A stretch of DNA of 64,000 nucleotides from an uncultured archaeon (lineage in GTDB: Archaea > Thermoproteota > Bathyarchaeia > Bathyarchaeales > Bathycorpusculaceae), in assembly GCA_963782915.1 (NCBI GenBank), contig CAWALK010000012.1, positions 224,001 to 288,000 of the forward strand. The letters run 5' to 3'. This document shows positions 29,800-40,836 of this stretch, piece after piece (position 1 is the stretch's first letter; each line of letters opens with the position of its first letter). The position numbers were made by a program, and so were the translations under genes. Below the pieces are notes generated by a model, which ran no database searches, was not told the origin of the DNA, and was given only the letters and a program-made list of their open reading frames with translations.

Positions 29800-29854
29800 T
29801 TTAGGTGTGCCTAAACCTTTATATGATTTTACCGCAGATTTAGGTATGCCTAAA
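29800..29854. promoter_or_regulatory. Two DtxR/MntR-type palindromic operators flanking the TATA box
   Basis: TTTAGGTGTGCCTAAA (29800-29815) and TTTAGGTATGCCTAAA (29839-29854) lie either side of TTTATAT (~29818), directly upstream of a DtxR-family gene. Confidence 0.85.
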
Positions 29855-29874
29855 AAAATTAGGGATGAGGACCC

Positions 29875-30609
29875 ATGCAACAAAAATCAACACAAGATTA
29901 CCTCAAAGCCGTATACGGGCTATCAAAAAACGGAGACCTCGTCGGCAACACCCAAATAGCCAAAAAACTCGACGTTGCCCCCGCAAGCGTAACGGAGATG
30001 CTAAAAAAACTCTCCGAAGAAGGATACGTCAAATATTCACCCTACCACGGCAGCACCCTCACAGAGAAAGGCCTAATCGAAGCTCAAAAAGTCACCCGCA
30101 AGCACCGGCTTCTGGAAAAATTCCTTACTGACGTGCTTCATATTGGTAAAGACAAGGTTCACACCCAAGCATGCCAAATGGAACATGCCCTCTCAGATGA
30201 AGCAGAAGAATCCCTCTGCCGCCTACTCAAACACCCCGACACCTGCAGCGACGACGGCAAAACCATACCCGCCTGCGACTTGCCATTTTCTACCTGCGAA
30301 GAATGCATAAAACTCCACGAGCAAGGGCTTAGAAGAAGTCGGCAAACGCCATGCAAACTTAACCCCAATTCGCGAGTTAAAGAGCGGCAAATACGGCAAA
30401 ATCAGCTTCATCCGAGGCGAACATAAGGTTCTGCAGCGCCTATTGGATATGGGGCTTAACTCCTGGAACAAGGATCAGTGTTGTCAAAGGTGGCGCCGAT
30501 GGATGGACCCGTCGAAGTTTCTGTGCGCGGCTCCAAGTTGGCGATTGGGCAAGACATCGCCTGCAACGTTTTCGTTGAAGTTGAAAAAGAAGCCGTTAAG
30601 GAGGCATAA
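29875..30609 (+). CDS. DtxR/MntR family metal-dependent regulator with C-terminal FeoA domain, frameshifted
   Basis: DYLK..Y, P.SVTEM.KKL, RKHRLLE.FL and A..MEH.LS motifs. The downstream frames give a FeoA-like RLLDMGL.PG...GP....RGS.LAIG. Confidence 0.9.
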
Positions 30610-30611
30610 GC

Positions 30612-32598
30612 GTGTCATGCCACACGGAACCAACGACCTCCAAAGCCAAATCAGCCAACGGCAAAAACGGTAAAAAACTAACCTTCGCCTTAGCAGGCAA
30701 CGCCAACGTCGGCAAAAGCGTCATATTCAACCAACTCACCGGTTCAAACCAAATAATCGGCAACTGGCCAGGCAAAACCATCGACCGAGCAGAAGGCACC
30801 CTAAGCTTCGAAGGATACGAAATCAAAATCATCGATTTACCAGGCATCTACTCATTCTCCACGTTTTCAATGGAGGAACTCGTATCCAGAGACTACATTG
30901 CACTCGAGAAACCCGACGCCGTCATCAACGTCGTCGATGCATCAGTGTTGGAACGCAACCTCTTCTTCACCCTGCAACTACTTGAGATGAATGCGCCGCT
31001 AGTTCTGGTTCTAAACCAAGTGGATGTTGCCAGAAGCAAAGGCATGATTATCGACAAAGACAAACTGCAAGACACCCTGGGCGTACCAGTGGTCTTTGCC
31101 ACAGCAACTCGCGGTGAAGGCGTCTACGAAGCAGTTAAAGAAGCAGTTAAAGTCGCCACACACAAACCCAAACCTAAGCACCTCAAATACCGAAAAGAGC
31201 TTGAAGAAAAAATCGAGCAACTACAACGCATAATCGAGAAAGAAAACATTGAACTTCAGTATCCCCCACGGTGGCTATCGATTAAGCTGCTGGAAGGCGA
31301 CGCAGAAATCACCAAAATCGTCGCAGCCAAATCCCAAACAATCGCCAACGCCGCTAAAACCATAGCTGCCGAGTTGCAGAAGAGCTGCCAAGAACAATGC
31401 TTCTCAATCATCGCCTCCGAACGCTATGCAGCTAGCAAGTTCCGTTGTTGCATCGGCGCTTCAGCAGAGCGAAATATGGAATACCTTCTCAGACAAACTC
31501 GAATGGGTAACCACCCACAGAGTATTCGGCTACGTAACCTCCGCAGGTGTCATAGCTGGTTTGCTGCTCTGGACCTTCTTCGTCGGCAACGCCCTCTCAG
31601 GCTTAATTGCAGGCGGATTAGGCATGATTCAACCCGTCGACCCCGCCTTAACAACGACACAGCCAATCCTAGCCGTCATACTCAACGGTGTATGGGGAGG
31701 CATAACCGCAGGATTAACCCTAATCATCCCGTTTGTGGTACCCTTCTATCTGCTCTTGGCATTCATAGAGGATTCAGGCATCTTAACCCGTGTTGCATTC
31801 ATGATGGACAGCGCCATGCACAAGATGGGCTTACACGGCAAAGCCTTAATCCCCATCATCTTGGGGTACGGCTGCAGTGTGCCAGCGATTCAATCCTGCA
31901 AAATCATGGAAACCCGACGGGAACGCCTCTTAGCAGCATTTGCCATCACGTTTGCACCCTGCTCTGCAAGAACGCTTGTACTGTTTGGTATGGTAGGCTT
32001 ATTCGTCGGCATCCAGTGGGCACTGCTGCTATACGCCGTGGATATAGCCGTTATCTTTGCAATGGGCAGAGTCGCCATGAAAGCCATTCCAGGCAAATCA
32101 ACAGGGTTAATCATGGAGATGAGCAGCTTCAAGCGACCCTCAATGAAGGTTGTGCTAAAGCAGACATGGACACGCACTAAATCCATCATCTACGTCGTGT
32201 TCCCAATCTACATCTTAGGCAGTGCACTCATCCAAGCCCTATACGCTTTAAACGTATTAACGCCGTTGGGCAACGCGTTGGCTCCAGTAACTGTTGGGTG
32301 GCTAGGCTTGCCCGTGATTGCTGGGGTGCTGCTCATCTTGGGTACAATTCGCAAAGAATTCGTGCTCGTAGGCGCAGTGGCAATCCTTGGCACCACTAAC
32401 TTACTGGTCGGCTTTACCCCCGTGCAGTTAGTTGTTATGGCGCTGGTTGCAATGCTCTATATCCCATGCGTATCCGCCGTGGCTATATTGGGTAAAGAAT
32501 TCGGCTGGAAAGCCACGGCAGTGATAACTGCGGCAAACATAGGCGTGGCGCTGTTGGTGGGTGGCTTAGCGTTTCGGCTGCTTTCACTATTCGTTTAA
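30612..32598 (+). CDS. feoB: Ferrous iron transporter FeoB, frameshift near 31435
   Basis: [21 protein letters not shown]-domain; membrane part EDSG...R.AF.MD, GL.GK..IP...G.GC, ME....P and LYIPC. Confidence 0.93.
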
Positions 32599-32641
32599 TT
32601 ATCTTCTTTTTTAGCTTTGCAGCCCTCATTTGTCGACAAAA

Positions 32642-32917
32642 TTATCGATTTGTGAGGCCCATTTTGTTCATAAAATCAAGGATTTGTTTGTACCCTTTTA
32701 GGTACTGTTTTCCTTTTTCGGTAAGCCTAAGCGTAGTCTCGTTTTCAATTAAGCCGAGGCGATGAAGCTCAGAAATATAGTTTTTAAATCGGTCAAAAGG
32801 CACGTTGATGCGGTTCTGAATCCGCGTTAGCACTATTTTTTCGCTGTTCGCTTCTTCGTTTAGCACTGCCAACAGGTCGCCGTATATTTCCATTTTACTG
32901 CGCGGAATCTTTTTCAT
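32642..32917 (-). CDS. Small winged-helix DNA-binding protein (ArnR1/HTH_45-like)
   Basis: RSK.EIY.D.L......LTRI....N.....Y..EL...GLI......LTEKGK.YL pattern. Confidence 0.8.
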   Translation of the reverse strand: MKKIPRSKMEIYGDLLAVLNEEANSEKIVLTRIQNRINVPFDRFKNYISELHRLGLIENETTLRLTEKGKQYLKGYKQILDFMNKMGLTNR

Positions 32918-33616
32918 CTATTGGTTTTCCTTTGGATTGTAAAAGGTTCGATAGGCAACTAAAAGAAAAACGGCTAGACCAGCTAAGCGAACAGCCAAGC
33001 CAAACCAACCCAAAAATGTGGTGCTACTTGTAACGAATACGGTCGGTAACACTGCTGTCACTAGCAAAAGACACTGGCTTATTGCAAGGAAAATGAATCC
33101 AATAGGTACCCATAGTTTTGTCAGTTCTGGGTGAGCTCTATAATTTCTTAGTGTGTGGACAATAATGTACGATAAGAATACTATTGTAAGACTTCGAATG
33201 AATAACAGGGCACCTGTATATTGCATCAAATCTGCTTGTGGAGTGTATATCAGTATTAGGGATGAAGCGACGAGAGCAACTATCAAGAGACTGAGGGTTA
33301 GATCCCATAGTAACCGATAAGTTTGTGTTGTTTTTGTAGAAAAATAATAGGTAAGTGCAAGGAATACAAATGCAAATACTCTCGTGAAGTGAGCAAGCCA
33401 TGATAATGCAGCATTATGCAGAAATGGTGTCGTTAACAACATGATAGTAAAAACATAATTTATACCGAGAATGCCAAATCCAAGAGGCAACCCCAGATAC
33501 CTGCCTTGTTTTGTGAGTTGGTATGGTTTTAGCATAAACCTGACAAGGATAAGGCAGGCAATTGCGGAAACGGCCTCAACTGTAATCCTCGCTAAATCGG
33601 TATCCATGCACAACAT
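32918..33616 (-). CDS. Hypothetical ~7-TM membrane protein abutting the wHTH gene
   Basis: About seven hydrophobic helices; its stop is immediately adjacent to the wHTH start. Confidence 0.7.
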   Translation of the reverse strand: MLCMDTDLARITVEAVSAIACLILVRFMLKPYQLTKQGRYLGLPLGFGILGINYVFTIMLLTTPFLHNAALSWLAHFTRVFAFVFLALTYYFSTKTTQTYRLLWDLTLSLLIVALVASSLILIYTPQADLMQYTGALLFIRSLTIVFLSYIIVHTLRNYRAHPELTKLWVPIGFIFLAISQCLLLVTAVLPTVFVTSSTTFLGWFGLAVRLAGLAVFLLVAYRTFYNPKENQ

Positions 33617-33710
33617 TTATGCTGCCCTTTTTTTAGTGTTTGCCCTCGTTTTTCTACATCTTTTAGGCTTTATGGCTTAAACAAGCACGATAATTCCACA
33701 TTTTTTTGTC

Positions 33711-33729
33711 TTCACGCAGTGTGCATGAA
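33711..33729. promoter_or_regulatory. Imperfect palindrome just upstream of a TATA-like box
   Basis: TTCACGCA-GTG-TGCATGAA followed by GCTTAATA, in the divergent intergenic region. Confidence 0.45.
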
Positions 33730-33790
33730 GCTTAATACGAAAAACTATCCACTATGAATTTATCAAATTTAGGAGAGAGAGAAAAAAAGA

Positions 33791-36278
33791 ATGAAATATT
33801 CAACAAAAACTATAGCGATTGTTATCATAACTGCTTTAGCAATCTCAATGTTCACGGGATTTGCAACAGCAGTAGCAGAACCAGAAAGACGCGTTACATA
33901 TGCATACATTGGAGCAACTCCAAATCCAATCGGAATCAACCAAGAAACCCTACTACACATAGGCATTACTCAACAGTACATGGGCGTATACGGCGGCTGG
34001 GATGGACTCACAGTGAAAGTAACAGACCCAGACGGCGAAGTTACAACATTGGGACCTTTCGAGACAGATCCAACTGGCGGAACAGGCAGTATATTTGTCC
34101 CAACCAAAGTAGGCAACTACACATTGCAGACATTCTTCCCTGAACAAATCAACGACATAGCAATCCCAGCAGGCTTCGGTAACCCATTACCCAAAGGCAC
34201 CATAATGCTAGCCAGCAACAGCACAATCCTAACCTTAGCAGTTCAACAGGAGCCAGTACCAATATACCAAGAACACGCATTACCAACAGAATACTGGAGC
34301 AGACCAATCGACACTCAACTGCGCACCTGGACTGTGCTCGCTGGCAACTGGCAGAGAAACCCAGATAACCTTGTGACACAGGGCAACCTTGATGCACCTG
34401 AAACTGCACACATTTTATGGGCAAAGCCACTTGTGCTCGGTGGAATCGTTGGTGCAGAAACAGGCGACAAAACTTGGACAACAGGTGACGCATATCAAGG
34501 ACAATTCAACAGCCCAGTAATCCTAAACGGAGTCTTATACTACAACACATACTCAGTTTCAGACGCAAAAGCCGGCAATCCGAACCAGGGCATCAAAGCA
34601 GTAGACCTACGGAACAGGTGAAGACATCTGGTACAGAAACGGTTCAAGACTAGCTTTTGGACAAATATTATACGTAAACACCATGAACATGCAGGGCGCG
34701 TACGGCTACATTTGGACAACAGAGGGCTCAACTTGGACAGCATACGATGCAGGAAACGGTGACTATGTCTACAAGATGGTAGGCGTACCAAGCGGTGTGA
34801 CAGTTATCGGACCTAACAATGAAATACTCATTTACACAGTCAACAACAAAGGATGGATGACCTGCTGGAACTCTACATCAGTGGTAAACCGAGGACACTG
34901 GAACAATGCATCACAAGCATGGGACTGGGAATTCGGACGCTACTGGAACCCACGCGGCATCACACCAACATTAAACAGCACATGGGATGCATCGAACGGA
35001 TACATGTGGAACGTTACAGTTCAAGCTGGCTTGTCTGGTGCAGCATACGCTAAAATCGGTGACAAACTAGTTGGGCAATCAATCAACCTGAAAAACGTAA
35101 CTACATGGGCAGTAAATCTACACAAAGGACAGGAAGGTCAACTGCTATTCAACGAAGTATGGAATGCACCAAGTGACTGGTTTGATGGCTACCAAACAAT
35201 CAGCCGCATAGCAGGAAGCATCGACAACGGATTAGTCGCTGTTTGGAGCAAAGAAACCCAAAGGGCTTGGGGCTTTAGCACAGACACTGGCAAACTCATG
35301 TGGGGACCAACAAAACCACAGGATTACCTTGACATGTTCGGAATACAATCACTGATAACTGACGGCAAACTGTTTACACAAGGCATGAGCGGCATACTCT
35401 ACGCATACGAGGCAAAGACAGGAAAGCTGCTATACACCTACAAAGCCGACGATACATACAACCAGAATCTCTGGGCAAACCAATGGAACATTAGACCACT
35501 TTTCGTAGCTGCCGGAAAACTATACATGGGCACAGCAGAGCACTCATCAAATGACCCAAGACCGAAAGGCGCAGCATTCTCAGCGATTAACATCACTGAC
35601 GGTACAGAAATTTTCGACGCAAACGGACTCTTCAAACAAACTGAATGGGGCGGCAGAGCTATCATCGGCGACAGCATCATCGCAGCACTAGACACCTATG
35701 ATCAACGTATCTATACCATCGGCAGAGGACCAACGGCCTTGACGGTTGATGCACCTGATGTTTCGATGGAATTAGGTAAGACAGTTGTCATCAGAGGATC
35801 AATAACCGACATTTCAGCAGGCACCAGCGACTACTCTATCGCAGCTCGATTCCCCAACGGTGTACCAGCAGTCTCTGACGAATCACAAACATCCTGGATG
35901 CTCTATGTCTACAAGAACTTTGAGCGACCATCAAACGCTTCAGGTGTACCTATCGAACTCAGCGTTCTAGACACAAACGGTAACTACCGAACAATTGGCA
36001 CAACAACAAGCAATGCAGACGGATTCTTCAACTACAACTGGAAACCAGACATCAACGGAGCCTACACACTCTACGCATCATTTGGCGGAAGCAAAGCATA
36101 CTGGCCATCACACGCAGTAACATCATTCGCAGTCGATCCAGCAGCAGCAACACCCACATCACAACCAGCAATTGAGCAAGCACCAGTAACCACATACATC
36201 GCAGCAGCCGCAGCAGCAATCATAATCGCAATCGTAATCATCGGCGCAATGCTCGCCTTGATGATAAGGAAACGTTAA
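33791..36278 (+). CDS. Large PQQ-like beta-propeller surface protein (paralogue 2), frameshift near 34615
   Basis: Shares LPTEYWSRPI, AP..AHI.W.KP, ARFPNGV.AVSD and SHAVT.F.VD with paralogue 1; signal peptide and C-terminal TM. Confidence 0.85.
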
Positions 36279-36592
36279 AATCGCAAAAAAGGGAAAATCC
36301 TTTTCCCACCCTTTTATTTTAAACCAAAAGTGCAGTATTCTGCGGCTTTAATTATTTAAGGAAAAACTATTGAGAAGCGGTAAATCCAACTTGTACTTTG
36401 ATATGGCATAACTTGTAGAATTCGCCTCAACCCGCCTTCAACCTAAACCAATCGCAGAAGCAAAAAAGCAGTCAACAGCAAAGCCCCTAAGAAGATAATG
36501 AGGATAGGTGGTCAGTTTCTTATTCTTTATACTAAAAACAGAAAGCTACAGGCTAACCTGCAAGCTATTTGTGAAACCAGCTCCAAGCCGTC

Positions 36593-37018
36593 TTAGAGCA
36601 CGTACATTATTAGGTAGAAGATTTCTCCTGAGAGAAACGCAAACCACCAGACACCAAATAGAACCTTCGTTAACTTGCGGTGCCAAACGTTGGGTGCTTT
36701 ACGCTTAATCATCAAGATACCCATGGATAGTACCACAACCTCAAGTGCCATGACTATGACTGCGATTGCGCCATGAACTCCAAAATAAGCCGTTAAAACA
36801 GGCGTAAACTGGATGCCTGAACCCTCAACTTGCCCGCCAAATGAGCGGTAAAGCATGTAGCCAATCGACATTACTAAATCCCAAGTGATGGCTATTGCAC
36901 CTGTGACTGGGTGAAAACGGTTTTTGCCTCTGCCGCTGAGGAATGCGTGGACAAAGAAGAATGCGACTGGGATTAATCCGATTGCTACAACGGTGCTTGC
37001 TAAGGGTGCGAGTGTCAT
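36593..37018 (-). CDS. Four-TM membrane protein (DUF420-like, His-containing)
   Basis: Hydrophobic helices with His residues (FHP, VHG, WHRK). Confidence 0.6.
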   Translation of the reverse strand: MTLAPLASTVVAIGLIPVAFFFVHAFLSGRGKNRFHPVTGAIAITWDLVMSIGYMLYRSFGGQVEGSGIQFTPVLTAYFGVHGAIAVIVMALEVVVLSMGILMIKRKAPNVWHRKLTKVLFGVWWFAFLSGEIFYLIMYVL

Positions 37019-37061
37019 AGTTATGCCTTGTTGAAAGTTGGGGATGGACTAAAGCGGCATA

Positions 37062-37865
37062 TTAGGTTGGCGGTGTCTTCGACGCGATTTTTGCGACAAC
37101 CACGGCACCGGTGAATATGCTGTTATTGATGAATGTTATCTCTTTTCCTGAATCAAGCAGTATGGTTGTGTGGAAGCCTGTTACCTCTTTGATTATGCCC
37201 TCTTCGTTGCGAAATGAGGTAGCCACTCGGTCGCCGACGACATAGGGAAGCCGCGTCTCCAGCTTTGCCTCCGGAGGAAGGATTGCTGTTACGATGACGC
37301 CGCCTGAAGCAATAGCACTGTTAGGGATGGTGATTTGCCCCATATCAGTTCTAATGCGCATAACAAGGGCAGTCATATCCGAGACTTTGCCCGGCATGTT
37401 GTTAACCATGACGTCATCGCCGATTTTGAATTTGTAAGTAGTAAAGACAAGTGCGCCTGAAAGTATGCCGCCGACGAACGTGGAAATGATTATTCCTACT
37501 GTAACGGAGATTATGCCGGCGCTTGCTAGAAGAGCGGGGAGGGTAACGCCGAAGAAGCCTAAGACAACAAATGCTGTGACGGTAAGAGCAACCCCAACTA
37601 GTAAGTATTGGGCGATGGTTGCAGCTTGAACGCCGATATGTGGAGTTAAGAGCCTTTTTACGTGTGTTATTAAGTAAATGGCAACTATCATAAATGCAAA
37701 AACGATAGATATGTCACCCAAGAGGTTGAATGGGTCGGATAGATTTGTTGCTCCAACCACAAAGAGTTCAAAGAAAGCAACCGTGAGCCCTGCTAGCACA
37801 ACTACGGATACGATGAAAACAACCAGTTTCTTTAGCGAAGAAATAACGCCTGCCAACTTAGCCAA
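37062..37865 (-). CDS. MscS-family mechanosensitive channel with duplicated beta domain
   Basis: FKIGDDV....G.V..M......T..G.ITIPNS and a second copy YVVGDRV......G.IKEV..FHT.....SG.EITF.NN. Confidence 0.8.
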   Translation of the reverse strand: MAKLAGVISSLKKLVVFIVSVVVLAGLTVAFFELFVVGATNLSDPFNLLGDISIVFAFMIVAIYLITHVKRLLTPHIGVQAATIAQYLLVGVALTVTAFVVLGFFGVTLPALLASAGIISVTVGIIISTFVGGILSGALVFTTYKFKIGDDVMVNNMPGKVSDMTALVMRIRTDMGQITIPNSAIASGGVIVTAILPPEAKLETRLPYVVGDRVATSFRNEEGIIKEVTGFHTTILLDSGKEITFINNSIFTGAVVVAKIASKTPPT

Positions 37866-37952
37866 TCCTCAGCAATTAGGTAGCTATCATATTTCATATG
37901 GGTTTTCCCAAAAACGAGAACAATTATATCGAATGCATGTTTAATTTGAAGT

Positions 37953-38072
37953 ATGTCAACTAAAGCTCCGAATTGCCCCTGCCCAAAAAGAGACTGTGTG
38001 CGCCATGGCGACTGCACTGAATGTGTGCGGTATCATAAAGCGAAGAATGAAGACCCCTACTGCGCAAGGTAA
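37953..38072 (+). CDS. Cys/His-rich microprotein (39 aa, DUF6485-like; not in ORF track)
   Basis: MSTKAPNCPCPKRDCVRHGDCTECVRYHKAKNEDPYCAR*: C.C....C.RHG.C..C...H.......C pattern. Confidence 0.7.
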   Translation: MSTKAPNCPCPKRDCVRHGDCTECVRYHKAKNEDPYCAR

Positions 38073-38272
38073 TGGGTAAAACAACCTTCTACTTGATCAG
38101 TAACCATGCTATCAAATGAGTAGGTACGTTGCAATTTTTCAACAGCAATATGAGAAATAGCTAAAACGGGATCTCGACTGAAAAATCTACGCTTTGCGTA
38201 TGAGATTCTTGTTCAATTCTCAAAATTTAATAGTATTTGGAATGATTAAAAAGGGAACAGCCGCCAGTTGAA

Positions 38273-39334
38273 TTATTCAGCGTTTACTTGCGTAGCTTTA
38301 GTTTTGGCGGCGGTTTCAATTTTAAGAGTGGGCGGCAGCACAGTATTCACTGAATCCCTCACTGCAACATGTGTAGGTGACATGATTTCGACGCCTGCCC
38401 TCTTGAAGTCGGTAAGTATATTGTTGATGAGGTCACTTTTGATGTTAATGAGCCGGTTTGGTTCATCCGTGTAAGCGTTGATTTCATAAGTTATTGAGTA
38501 GTTGCCAAGGTCTCTAAATAGCACAAACGGTGTTTTGCCATCTGTTTGTACTATACCTTTTGTCTTCTTGGCACTTTCAATGAGCAGTCTTTGCGCTTGA
38601 TCCTTATCGATATCATAACCCAGCGTAACTGGAATATAGATTAGCACCTCTTTTAAGGCACTAAAGTTTCGAATTTCTTTACCCATTACGATTAAATTTG
38701 GAATACTGATGACTTCATCTTTTATGGTTTTTACTCTTGTGAAAAAAATACCTACTTCAATAATGTCGCCGTAGCTATCACCGATTTGTACACGGTCGCC
38801 AACTTTGAACTCGTTGGTTCCACCCAGAATAGCATAACCTAGCACGTTTCCTAGAACACTCGATGAGAAAAGCCCTAAGATGAAGGTTAAACCAATAACC
38901 AAACTATTTCCAAGAAGACCTGCAACCCATGTACCTATGGTGGCGTATGCCCAGATTAGAACAAGAGCTATACCACCTAAAACGTAAACCAAGTAGGTTA
39001 AGTATCTAACCAGGGATTTGTTTGTTTTTTGTACAGATTCTCGGCCGCGAACTATTTTTCCCAGTGCAGGAGAAAAAGAAATTATTGTTGCGGGGATAAT
39101 CATTTTTCTTGAAATCGCCAAAAAGAACCAGACAATGCCAGAAAAAATGATTTTCTGTATAACGCCATAAATAGTCAGTTGCATGGTTTCATCACCGAAG
39201 TACGCAAAAGAACCTAATCGGTAGGCTACTTCGAGTATGATAAAGAAAATGATTATTGCGCCAATTCGTACCGCTGCCCATCCGATGTATTCGCTAATGA
39301 TGGATGTGCGTGTTTTCTGCTGGGTCTTCTGCAA
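38273..39334 (-). CDS. MscS-family mechanosensitive ion channel
   Basis: FKVGDRVQIG...GD..E.G...T...T...E...IPN and the C-terminal LGY...P.V....G..SI.Y domain. Confidence 0.9.
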   Translation of the reverse strand: MQKTQQKTRTSIISEYIGWAAVRIGAIIIFFIILEVAYRLGSFAYFGDETMQLTIYGVIQKIIFSGIVWFFLAISRKMIIPATIISFSPALGKIVRGRESVQKTNKSLVRYLTYLVYVLGGIALVLIWAYATIGTWVAGLLGNSLVIGLTFILGLFSSSVLGNVLGYAILGGTNEFKVGDRVQIGDSYGDIIEVGIFFTRVKTIKDEVISIPNLIVMGKEIRNFSALKEVLIYIPVTLGYDIDKDQAQRLLIESAKKTKGIVQTDGKTPFVLFRDLGNYSITYEINAYTDEPNRLINIKSDLINNILTDFKRAGVEIMSPTHVAVRDSVNTVLPPTLKIETAAKTKATQVNAE

Positions 39335-39456
39335 TTGATTAGCCCTCGAACGGTTAGAGACTCAATGGTTTGGTTATATAAATTTTTCATCAATACTGGG
39401 CAAACGATTCCGGCTGGATTGTCTTATAGCAAATTTTATTTACTCGCCACCACTAA

Positions 39457-39858
39457 TTGTATAGTGGAGTTTTTGGTCACTTGTTTATCGCGAACAAGCC
39501 GTCCATTCTAATCATTGATGATGACCTAGCTATACTAAGAGTGTTCTCGCGGATTTTCCAGAAAAACGGCTACTCCGTTACAGTTGCAACTAAGGGTACA
39601 GAAGCATTAGAGAAGCTGAGCCTTAACCGTTTTGATGTGGCATTGATTGATTTCTGTTTGCCGGACATGGAAGGCACTGAGCTTTTTCCGGCAATCGAGC
39701 ATTCTTCGCCAGATGCAGTCAAAATTATGTTGACTGGCAAAACGTTTGGACAGGGATGTATTGAGGGTTTGGATGCCCTTTTGGGTAAGCCGATTCAACC
39801 TGATAAACTGTTAAGCCTAATCGATAGTAAATTGAAGAACAAGAACATAGAAAGTTAA
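39457..39858 (+). CDS. Stand-alone response regulator receiver (start may be TTG 39481)
   Basis: ILIIDDD, ALID..LPDMEG, IMLTG and KP motifs. Confidence 0.88.
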   Translation: MYSGVFGHLFIANKPSILIIDDDLAILRVFSRIFQKNGYSVTVATKGTEALEKLSLNRFDVALIDFCLPDMEGTELFPAIEHSSPDAVKIMLTGKTFGQGCIEGLDALLGKPIQPDKLLSLIDSKLKNKNIES

Positions 39859-40148
39859 CGGTTCATTCTTTGGCGTTTTCGGGTTCTTTTTTGGGTTGTT
39901 TCTAGCAGTTGCTCCACAGTTGAGAACCCTGTTAAGTGGATTTGGCTTGTGCATTTGTTGCAGCGTAAGACGACTTCTTCTAAACCGATGCTGTTTATGT
40001 TTATGTCAAGTATGTTGTAGGCTTCGTTTGAGTTGTCGTCCGGTGAGATTTTTGATCCGCAGTGTGGGCATGGGAAAGCTCCTTTCGTATCCATTGCTGA
40101 TAGGCTGATTTTGTAGGCGGTTATTTGTTTGGCTTGTTTTGGTTTCAT
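39855..40148 (-). CDS. Small CPxCG zinc-finger protein
   Basis: FPCPHCG..ISPDD...CNKC; ATG at 40148 follows a GGGG RBS-like run. Confidence 0.7.
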   Translation of the reverse strand: MKPKQAKQITAYKISLSAMDTKGAFPCPHCGSKISPDDNSNEAYNILDININSIGLEEVVLRCNKCTSQIHLTGFSTVEQLLETTQKRTRKRQRMNR

Positions 40149-40420
40149 ATTGTTTCCCCCTTGTTTGGTTAGTTTTCTGCGGGAAAATATTAATCCCTTT
40201 ACCCAAATTAGACCAAGATTGGTTGAACCCATAGTGAAACCAAAAAGAGTCGAAGATTATTCAAGGCTTAATGGAAAATAAAGGAGAAAAGCCAGCTTAA
40301 TCAAAAACTAAAATTTATGAAAAACTCGTCAACATAAAAACCTCAGACCCCGACCCAGCAGTACCCAAAATAGATTGCTCCAGCACAGAGGACTGAAAGG
40401 GAACAGCCAAAATGGCGAAC

Positions 40421-40645
40421 TTACGATTGCTGAAGCTGCTTTTTACGAAGTTCCCGTTGCTGCTGCAGAATAGCAGTAGCTATAGTAGCCAAGAAAATCA
40501 CGGCAAACGCAAAGATAGCGATGCCAATTTTGTAGCTAAAATCAATATCTGCATAGAAAAGCGCAAGCATCGTAACCAGCATCAATGCTAAGACAAGTGC
40601 TTCTTGAATGGTGCCGAAGACTTTGTTGAGGTTTCCAAAACTCAA
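40421..40645 (-). CDS. Small two-TM hypothetical protein
   Basis: 74 aa with two hydrophobic helices and a charged tail. Confidence 0.6.
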   Translation of the reverse strand: MSFGNLNKVFGTIQEALVLALMLVTMLALFYADIDFSYKIGIAIFAFAVIFLATIATAILQQQRELRKKQLQQS

Positions 40646-40836
40646 TTTTACACACCGTTATCTGGTTGTGCTCATGCGTGGGATATTAATTTTCTGTTAT
40701 AAAGCAGGGGTTAGTCAGGATATTTTCAAAACAGAAACCCAAAACACAAGAGATACTAATCGGTCCCCTTTGCGGTTTCGGGGTATTGATTTATGAAAAT
40801 TGTAAAATAATAGAAACTGGGGGTTTAGCAGCAGAT

